DNA from: Chloroflexota bacterium
Lineage (GTDB): Bacteria > Chloroflexota > UBA6077 > FW602-bin22 > JBCLEL01
DNA: 64,000 nucleotides
Assembly: GCA_965262895.1 (NCBI GenBank)
Contig: OZ253568.1
Span: 3,547,317-3,611,316, forward strand
Reading direction: 5' to 3'
Part shown: positions 57,522 through 64,000 of the stretch, piece by piece
How positions within the stretch are numbered: position 1 is the stretch's first letter
How the letters are laid out: each line of letters opens with the position of its first letter
Translations under genes and position numbers: made by a program
Notes under the pieces: generated by a model
Seen by the model: the letters and a program-made list of their open reading frames with translations, nothing else
The model's database searches: none
What the model was told of the DNA's origin: nothing

Positions 57522-58367
57522 ATGGGAACGGGATACGCAAACCCGGATGTATTGGTAAACACGAAGTGGGTAGCTCAGAATCTAGACAATTCGACAGTCA
57601 AGCTAGTAGAAGTCGATGTAGACACTAGTGCATATGACAGCGGCCACATAGCCGGGGCAGTCGGTTGGAATTGGCAGACTGACCTGACTACACAGCCGGT
57701 TCGGGACGTGATCAGCATTGATCAGCTTAACCAATTGTTGAGCCAATCCGGCGTCAACGATGGCGACACCCTCGTCCTGTACGGAGACAACAACAACTGG
57801 TTTGCCGCCTGGGCGTTCTGGCAGCTGACAATGGCAGGTTACCCCGACCTCAGACTGATGAATGGAGGTCGTCTGAAGTGGGTATCAGATGAGCGGGCAC
57901 TGACCACCGAAGTGCCTAAGCCGGCAGCCGGCAACGCGACTGTCAGCGGAGATGATCAGAGTCTGCGAGCGTCCCGCGAAGATGTTTTGGCAGGCATTGG
58001 ACAAGCGGAGCGAGGGCTCGTCGACGTGCGTTCTCCTGGGGAGTTCAGCGGCGAGTTGCTGGCCCCAGCAAACCTGCCTCAAGAGGGCGCCCAGCGCGGT
58101 GGACATGTCCCTGGCGCATCCAACATTCCCTGGCTTACGGCAGTTAACGATGACGGCACCTTCAAGTCGGCCGACGAGTTGAGAGACATATACGAGGGCC
58201 AAGGAATCACCGCCGACAAAGACATAGTCGCCTATTGCCGAATCGGTGAGCGGTCTTCGCACAGTTGGTTCGCGTTGAAATACCTGCTCGGTTATCCGAA
58301 CGTGCGTAACTACGACGGATCTTGGACCGAATGGGGCAGCATGGTCGGCGTGCCGATCGAACGATAA
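57522..58367 (+). CDS. Thiosulfate/3-mercaptopyruvate sulfurtransferase (tandem rhodanese domains)
   Basis: 281 aa. Active-site loop YCRIGERSSHSWF. N-terminal inactive rhodanese domain. Confidence 0.85.
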   Translation: MGTGYANPDVLVNTKWVAQNLDNSTVKLVEVDVDTSAYDSGHIAGAVGWNWQTDLTTQPVRDVISIDQLNQLLSQSGVNDGDTLVLYGDNNNWFAAWAFWQLTMAGYPDLRLMNGGRLKWVSDERALTTEVPKPAAGNATVSGDDQSLRASREDVLAGIGQAERGLVDVRSPGEFSGELLAPANLPQEGAQRGGHVPGASNIPWLTAVNDDGTFKSADELRDIYEGQGITADKDIVAYCRIGERSSHSWFALKYLLGYPNVRNYDGSWTEWGSMVGVPIER

Positions 58368-58402
58368 TAGGCGTCTCCGACCCGTAGTATCGAAACTTCA
58401 CT

Positions 58403-58441
58403 GAGACCGGCCGAGCGGAGGCTCGGCCGGTCTCTATTTCT
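58403..58441 (+). terminator. Intrinsic terminator after the rhodanese gene
   Basis: gagaccggccgagc-ggag-gctcggccggtctc (14-bp stem) followed by tatttcttc. Confidence 0.7.
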
Positions 58442-58598
58442 TCGCCTTTTCGCATAACATCGGTCGCCAGACTTTTATTACCATGGTAATCCTCTGAGTA
58501 TTGGCAGTCCGCTCACTCGGCCTTAGTGACGCCCGCGGTTCCGATCGAACGCTCACAATTTTGGCTGAGAAGAAATCCGAAGAAATCCATGGTGTTCT

Positions 58599-60653
58599 TT
58601 GCCGGAGGCGCGGCGAGCGTTGAGTGATTTTGCAGGACAGAAGACACTACTGACTGGTCCGGCCCGTACCGGCAAATCGACGTTCCTCAGGCTTCGCTTG
58701 GGCCGGCTATTGTTGGAGGGCGCCCCCGGCAACCAGATCACCGTGGTGACGGTCAATCGATCGGTTGCCAAACAAATGCGTCAGTACGTCGACTCGCTCG
58801 ATCTGCCCGCCGGAGCAACTCCCCGTTTCGACACTTACTTTGGTATCGCCGGCGCCACGGTTGCACGTTATTGGCCACGTGTGCGCGACTTAATTGCGCC
58901 TAGCCGACGCCGTCTTTACCCTGTTCCTCTGGCAAATGATCTCGCTCAATACCATCTGCGTCAGATAGTCGAATCGACGATGCACAACAGAGGCTACTTT
59001 CGCGGCTTGCGTATCCGGCCCGAACGCATCGTGGCTCAACTTCTGGATACCGCTCACAGTGCTGCCCTGAACGATCGATCGCTATCTGACGCCATAGACC
59101 GCCTGAAGGCTACTTGGACGGGCCAACAGATCCGACTGGAGCATTTTGATCAAGCCCACGCGACTTTGGAGGAATATCGCCAGTTTTGTGCCAAAAACGG
59201 ACTTATAGATGTCTCGTTACTTGTCGAATATTTCAGGCACGTATTGAAGTCGGAGAAAACCGCTCTGGCCAGTCAAAGGAATAGAGCCCGGTACCTCCTC
59301 GCCGACAACCTCGAAGAGCACCCACACGTTTCCCAACAGTTTCTTGTCGATCTCGCCGAACATGCGGAGGAGGCTCTATTCGTTGTGGACGAGCAAGCTG
59401 GCTTCCGCCAGTTCCTTGGCGCTTATCCAGCCGGCGTAGATAAGCTCATCCCGCGCCTCGACCGACAAATCCAGCGCACGGCAGAACCATCCGTCGACCA
59501 GGCGATCGCTGACATCCTGTTAGGAAGCGAGGCAACTGGGCGGTCTACTCCCCCTTCCGACAAGAATTTCGAAGTCTGGCTCAGTCGAACAAGGATCGGG
59601 ATGATCGACTTAGTAGTCGAACGGACGAACGCCATTGTTAACGGCCCCGACGGCGGCGGGCAGCGGGTGTGTTTGCTTTCTCCCTACGTAGACGGCCTGC
59701 TGGCTCTCCTGGTAAAGGATGGATTGTCGAAAAACGGCATCCCCCTGCAAGTCCGTCAGCCAGGTGAGGCGCTTATCGACCGACCGTGTGTCCGAGCATT
59801 CCATGCCGTCGCGGGATTGCTTCATCCACGCTGGGCGAGCCCGGTGAGGTATGACGATCTACGCTTGGCGCTCATGGTGTTCCTGAACCTGGACGCCGTC
59901 ACCGCGTCACTTTTGCTCGACAGGTCGGGTTTCAAGTCGAATGGTAGCTTGGCCCGAATCTCCGAAAGCAGGATTGTTGAGGAGGTGGGTGAAGAGTCGG
60001 TGGCGCAATACAATTTCCTACAAAGATGGTCGGCAGCGTATCAGACCGGAGAAGAGCTATCGGTCGATCTGTTCGTGCGCAGGCTGTTTGGAGAGGTAGT
60101 TGCCCGCTCGTACCAACCGTTGCGAACACCGTCAGACGTTGCGGCTGACTTCAGCCGGCTGCAACACGCGGCCCGTCGCTTCGTAGAATTGGGACCCGAA
60201 GTGTTCGCTGGCGGATCGCCGGCGTCCGGCGCCCGTTTCTTGGAAATGCTTTCGATGCGAGTGACGCCAGCAAAGGCCGATGACGATCCTAGCCTGTCTC
60301 CGGGAGTGGTCTACTTGATGCCAGTTCACACTTTTCTGACTGGCGACCTGACGTGCGACTACCAGTTTTGGCTGGACGCTGGCTCCCCAGCTTGGTGGGA
60401 GCCGCCCACGCGCCCGTTGGCAAACTCACGTATCCTCTTGCAAGATTGGCCGTACGATCGTGTATGGGATGTGCGGGCCAAGAGTTCGGCACAGACAGCT
60501 GCGTTGGCCCGTGTTGTTCAAGGGCTGGCCGCGCGGGCGCGGAATGGCGTAAACATCATCGGTTGCGAGGAAGGTGGCAATACTAGTGGCGCCTTGTGGC
60601 GGGCGGTGACGAAGGCTATCGATCCCATTTTTCCAGAGGCGCCGGTGGCATGA
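58599..60653 (+). CDS. UvrD/AddB-like helicase-related protein with degenerate motifs (P-loop NTPase)
   Basis: 684 aa, TTG start. Walker A GPARTGKST and a Walker-B-like YLLADNLEE. The later helicase motifs are weak (…ALARVVQGLAARARNGVNII). No nuclease domain recognised. Confidence 0.6.
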   Translation: MPEARRALSDFAGQKTLLTGPARTGKSTFLRLRLGRLLLEGAPGNQITVVTVNRSVAKQMRQYVDSLDLPAGATPRFDTYFGIAGATVARYWPRVRDLIAPSRRRLYPVPLANDLAQYHLRQIVESTMHNRGYFRGLRIRPERIVAQLLDTAHSAALNDRSLSDAIDRLKATWTGQQIRLEHFDQAHATLEEYRQFCAKNGLIDVSLLVEYFRHVLKSEKTALASQRNRARYLLADNLEEHPHVSQQFLVDLAEHAEEALFVVDEQAGFRQFLGAYPAGVDKLIPRLDRQIQRTAEPSVDQAIADILLGSEATGRSTPPSDKNFEVWLSRTRIGMIDLVVERTNAIVNGPDGGGQRVCLLSPYVDGLLALLVKDGLSKNGIPLQVRQPGEALIDRPCVRAFHAVAGLLHPRWASPVRYDDLRLALMVFLNLDAVTASLLLDRSGFKSNGSLARISESRIVEEVGEESVAQYNFLQRWSAAYQTGEELSVDLFVRRLFGEVVARSYQPLRTPSDVAADFSRLQHAARRFVELGPEVFAGGSPASGARFLEMLSMRVTPAKADDDPSLSPGVVYLMPVHTFLTGDLTCDYQFWLDAGSPAWWEPPTRPLANSRILLQDWPYDRVWDVRAKSSAQTAALARVVQGLAARARNGVNIIGCEEGGNTSGALWRAVTKAIDPIFPEAPVA

Positions 60654-60664
60654 AACCGATTGGC

Positions 60665-61140
60665 CTTCTTTCGGTTGACGTCGGTACGAAAATAGACGGT
60701 CCCCGTCATCGGTACGAAAGCATGTCCCGGACTCCGATCCGGGCTAGATGGCTCCCCTCCCCTTCTGGATTCCGGCGAAGGCCGGAATCCAGAAGGGGAG
60801 GGGAGAGGCAAGATCGCCACACAATAGGCAAGAACCCGGCACCCCACCATTTTCATCCTCTTATATGGCCCGCGCAAGTCCATGGTGATTCCCGCGCATG
60901 TGCGAATCCAGGGGAGGCATGGCCGGCGCACCATCGAACCTGCTCCAACGAAACGGACGCCACAAGCTGCCAGATCTCCCTCTCCATTTGGGAGAGGGTC
61001 GGGGTGAGGGTAAAAAAACCCTCGACATTCCGGCGAGAGCATGTCCCGCACCTCGATACCTGGCCGGAACCCAGGGGAGGCATGGGCCGCGCAAATGACC
61101 CTCAAACACCTCCACCTGCCTGCCCCCTCAATCCCCACAC
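60665..61140 (+). repeat. Mosaic hairpin-repeat cluster 8, between the two helicase genes
   Basis: Contains an empty A site (60683-60700), A (60711-60743), B extended to a perfect 25-bp-stem hairpin (60752-60805), D (60845-60892), a B variant (about 60888-60925), F (60976-61012) and a further B-like right half (about 61060-61085). Confidence 0.85.
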
Positions 61141-61152
61141 CAACGAATTCTG

Positions 61153-63381
61153 ATGAAGCTCTGGCCCGATCAGGAGAGAGTTGCCGCGTACGCCGCCGGA
61201 CCCATGGCCGTGATGGCCGTCCCAGGCGGTGGCAAGACCACGGCTCTGGCGGCCATCGCCGCTCGCTTGATAGCCGGTGGCGCCGGCGAAATATTAATAG
61301 TCACCTACCAGAATGTCGCCGTGACCAACTTGCGCCGGCGGGTGGACGAGTTTCTCTCCGACGCGAGCCTGCCTCCGGCCGGATTCCACGTGGCTACCCT
61401 GCATTCCCTGGCCTACATGATCCTTTCCGAGCATGGCGAACGGGTAGGCTTTGATGATGAGCCGACCGTATTGTCGCAGGCGGAGTCGTCTCAGCAGTTC
61501 GAGCTCATAGCCACAGATCATTATTCCCAGTACGAGGATCGCTGGCGCGGCGAAGAGCCCGTAAATAGCAGGTACCAGGCCGACAGATTCCGCAGGGGTA
61601 GGATTGATTTCATCCGGAAAATCGGAGGCAGGCTCACCAGGTGGATCAAACATCACCGCTTGGACCCAGATGAAATCGAACGTGTCCTGCGGGAGTCATC
61701 GGATCCTCGTGATCCTCTGGCGTTGGGATGTTGGGTCTACCATGAATATCAACGCCGGTTGGACAACCTAAGGGCATTGGATTTCGACGACCTCGCGCTG
61801 CACGCGGACCGACTTCTCAGCGAACAACCCGACGTAATTGAAGACTTCCGGCGTCGCTGGACTCACATACTCGAAGACGAAGCACAGGACAGCGTTCCCC
61901 TCCAGGAAAGGATGCTGGCCAAGCTAGCCGGACCGGCGAACAACTGGATACGGGTCGGCGACTCGAACCAGTCGATAATGGGTACGTTCACTTCAGCCGA
62001 CCCCGCCGGCTTTCGCCGCTTCTTCCAAAATGCCGGCGTTCAGCGTGAGCAGCTGGGACAATCGGCCCGTAGCTCTCCGGCCATCGCCGCAATGGCTAAC
62101 TTTCTGGTGGACTGGACTCGTCGCAATCATCCGGTAGAAGGTGTTCGCAAACTAGCTTTCGATCCGGCCGAAATCCAAGTCGTCGACCAGGCGGGTCAAA
62201 CGCGGAATGACGAACCGAATTGGACCGAATTGAAGCTTGACCGTTGTTTCCACAGTTTCGACGATGAGAGACGGTTCATCGTTAAACAGTGGAGCAACCT
62301 CCTCGGACTAGGGCACATTCTCACGGGCGCGATATTGGTGCCAACTAATCGGATTGGCGAGACGATGGCGGCCGCCCTAAAAGAAAAAGGTCTCGAATGT
62401 GACCAACTGCTCGAATCTAATCCGGCTGTACAGAAAGTTATGGAGCTGATTGCGTCGGCAATTGCTTTCTTTGCTCAGCCCCACCAACCTAGGCTATTGG
62501 CCGAATTCTTTGAGCGTTGCTTGAAAGCCGGCTATTGGGAGCTGGAACCCGGCACCGCGCGGGCCAAGGTCAGCGCCATACTTCGGTCGGATGGACGCGA
62601 GCTACTGAGCGGACGCCCGCCCGCCCGCTCGCCTGCATTGCTTGCGGACCTGGAAGAAGCTGCCCGCTTCGCCGGTGAAGCCGCGGTCTGGCTCAGAGCT
62701 TCAGCTCTACCCATCGAAGAGCTGATCGCCACGTTGGTGATTGAGCTCCGCATGCCGGCGGAAATGGCCGGCTTTAGCGCGAATCTTGCGAGATACTTGA
62801 GCCGGCTGATGCGCGAGCACCCGGAATATGGTTTGGCCGAGGTCGCATCACATCTCGATCGGCGGCGGGCGACGGACGTGTCGATCTCGATCAGCGACTC
62901 GAACAGCTCCGTATATCAGCCGCGTAAGGGTATCATTACTGTATCAACCTACCATCGGGCAAAGGGGCTCGAGTGGGATGTGGTCTATCTGACTGGCCTG
63001 AACGAATGGCACTTTCCCTCCGATCCGGCGAGCAAGTTCTTCGAAGACAAGAGCGAAGAAGCCTGCGCTGTTGAGCGGGCCATCGGCGACCTGAGCGCAC
63101 GTGTGCCGGGTGGACGTGTCAACCAACCTCCGCCGGAGATTGAGTACATAGCCGAGCGCCTGCGTCTTGTCTACGTTGGGATCACTAGGGCAAAGAAGGC
63201 TCTATCAATGAGTTACCATAAGTTCTTGCGCGCCGAAGATGAGGAGAGGCGGGAGCCGCTGTTCCCTACACTCGCCTATAGAGTGCTGAACAGGTATATA
63301 GTGAGAAGGGGCAGAGAAATACCATCGAGAGGAACACCAAGGATGCACGGTCAGTATGGACCTGGCGAAGTACCACAGTGA
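61153..63381 (+). CDS. UvrD/Rep/PcrA-family ATP-dependent DNA helicase
   Basis: 742 aa with all SF1 motifs: GGGKTT (I), LIVTYQNVA (Ia), ILEDEAQD (II), VGDSNQSIMGTF (III), LGQSARS (IV), STYHRAKGLEWDVVYL (V), LVYVGITRAKKAL (VI). Confidence 0.85.
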   Translation: MKLWPDQERVAAYAAGPMAVMAVPGGGKTTALAAIAARLIAGGAGEILIVTYQNVAVTNLRRRVDEFLSDASLPPAGFHVATLHSLAYMILSEHGERVGFDDEPTVLSQAESSQQFELIATDHYSQYEDRWRGEEPVNSRYQADRFRRGRIDFIRKIGGRLTRWIKHHRLDPDEIERVLRESSDPRDPLALGCWVYHEYQRRLDNLRALDFDDLALHADRLLSEQPDVIEDFRRRWTHILEDEAQDSVPLQERMLAKLAGPANNWIRVGDSNQSIMGTFTSADPAGFRRFFQNAGVQREQLGQSARSSPAIAAMANFLVDWTRRNHPVEGVRKLAFDPAEIQVVDQAGQTRNDEPNWTELKLDRCFHSFDDERRFIVKQWSNLLGLGHILTGAILVPTNRIGETMAAALKEKGLECDQLLESNPAVQKVMELIASAIAFFAQPHQPRLLAEFFERCLKAGYWELEPGTARAKVSAILRSDGRELLSGRPPARSPALLADLEEAARFAGEAAVWLRASALPIEELIATLVIELRMPAEMAGFSANLARYLSRLMREHPEYGLAEVASHLDRRRATDVSISISDSNSSVYQPRKGIITVSTYHRAKGLEWDVVYLTGLNEWHFPSDPASKFFEDKSEEACAVERAIGDLSARVPGGRVNQPPPEIEYIAERLRLVYVGITRAKKALSMSYHKFLRAEDEERREPLFPTLAYRVLNRYIVRRGREIPSRGTPRMHGQYGPGEVPQ

Positions 63382-63953
63382 GAGCGGCCCTTGTCGTGCA
63401 TCATATTAGTGAAGACCAGCAGACCACCCCAAATAATATCGTTCAGATGACCCGTGAGTCGGCGGATGCCGGGGTTGATTTGGTGTTGTTTTGTGAGGCC
63501 GCACTGACCGACTTCATTACGGTTGACTGCGCTGGCCACGACCTGCCGCTCGGGCGGCACATTCCAGGACTGACAACCAATGTCTTGGCCAGTGTGACCC
63601 GCGACAGAGGCATTTGGGTGGCGATAGGGGTGTATGAACGGGAGCACGATCGGCTCTATGACAATGCCCTACTCCTAAGCCCTGATGGAACCATCGCACT
63701 CAAATACCGCCGGATTGATCCACACTGGCATGGTCGAGCCGCGGATCATTCCGTCTATAGACAGGGGTCTGCGGTTGGCAGAGTGGCAACGCCGTTCGGC
63801 ACCGGTGCATTTTTGATCTGCGGCGATCTATTTTACGACAACCCTATCCGGCGAGTACGTGAATTGCGTCCCGACTGGTGGCTACATCCATTCGCCCGCT
63901 GCTTTGACAGCGAAGTAGCCGATAGCGAGCAGTGGCATCGGGAGGAACGATAG
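63378..63953 (+). CDS. Carbon-nitrogen hydrolase (nitrilase superfamily), possibly truncated by an in-frame TAG
   Basis: 191 aa with the Glu (LVLFCEAAL), Lys (ALKYRRI) and Cys (FLICGDL) triad context. That is short for the family. The frame stays open after TAG 63951-63953 (…EQWHREER*VYAERVRRMGVTTLM…) to the window edge. Confidence 0.65.
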   Translation: MRAALVVHHISEDQQTTPNNIVQMTRESADAGVDLVLFCEAALTDFITVDCAGHDLPLGRHIPGLTTNVLASVTRDRGIWVAIGVYEREHDRLYDNALLLSPDGTIALKYRRIDPHWHGRAADHSVYRQGSAVGRVATPFGTGAFLICGDLFYDNPIRRVRELRPDWWLHPFARCFDSEVADSEQWHREER

Positions 63954-64000
63954 GTATACGCAGAGCGAGTGAGACGGATGGGAGTTACTACGTTGATGAC

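Noticed and set aside
1102-61140. The repeat clusters could be CRISPR arrays.
   Set aside because: The repeats are heterogeneous modules of 25-50 nt. The intervening sequences are themselves repeated between clusters rather than unique spacers. Spacing is irregular and no cas genes are present.
28607-63953. In-frame TAG codons (28607, 48532, 63951) as programmed recoding: pyrrolysine, suppression or an alternative genetic code.
   Set aside because: TAG terminates several intact, normal-length genes here (trpD, trpA, DUF2203, the PBP). The same broken genes also carry TGA stops or frameshifts, and no pyl genes are visible. Ordinary nonsense mutations are the simpler explanation.
1-64000. A prophage, integrative element or known defence island (RM, TA, CBASS, retron and so on).
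   Set aside because: No integrase, transposase, phage structural gene, reverse transcriptase, toxin-antitoxin pair or cas gene was recognisable. tRNA-Leu at 32882 has no adjacent integrase or direct repeat of its 3' end.

Overview
64-kb chromosomal segment of mostly housekeeping and catabolic genes. Everything here was read by eye: no searches, folding or statistics were run, and RNA-element and repeat boundaries are good to about +/-10-20 nt. The RNA regulators (two T-box leaders, one ydaO-type c-di-AMP riboswitch) and the run of LLM-flavin, enolase-superfamily, PhyH, VOC, ABM and HpcH enzymes suggest a Chloroflexota-like, possibly SAR202-type, organism; this is inference only.

Genes present: a decaying RND efflux locus; a T-box(Trp)-controlled trpEGD / trpCFBA operon; cell-wall enzymes (amidase, class B PBP, DD-carboxypeptidase); cysO-cysM; rpmI-rplT; T-box(Phe)-controlled pheST; amt-glnK; tRNA-Leu(UAA); glmS-plsC-cmk-rluB; an SHMT with a GcvT-like C-terminal domain; a GlcF-like Fe-S protein; an MFS transporter; a six-gene catabolic block; a Rieske ferredoxin; a rhodanese; and two UvrD-family helicase-like genes.

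Four things stand out beyond the genes:
1. Eight intergenic clusters (about 3.8 kb, ~6% of the window) are built from a small vocabulary of short hairpin repeat modules. Every copy points the same way. One module has the REP-like GTAG-plus-palindrome form, and there is filled-site versus empty-site evidence that one hairpin is itself mobile. One cluster splits the trp operon and another separates the two helicase genes. No transposase or RAYT gene is in the window.
2. A 240-270 bp MITE family with terminal inverted repeats and 11-13 bp target-site duplications brackets the Rieske gene.
3. A c-di-AMP riboswitch plus terminator sits directly upstream of a DarA/PstA-like c-di-AMP receptor gene and an SH3b lipoprotein gene.
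4. Six genes, roughly one in ten, carry in-frame stops, frameshifts or truncations: MFP, TetR, GNAT, mgtE, the SH3b lipoprotein, and possibly the nitrilase.

No CRISPR array, prophage, integrase or recognisable defence system was seen.
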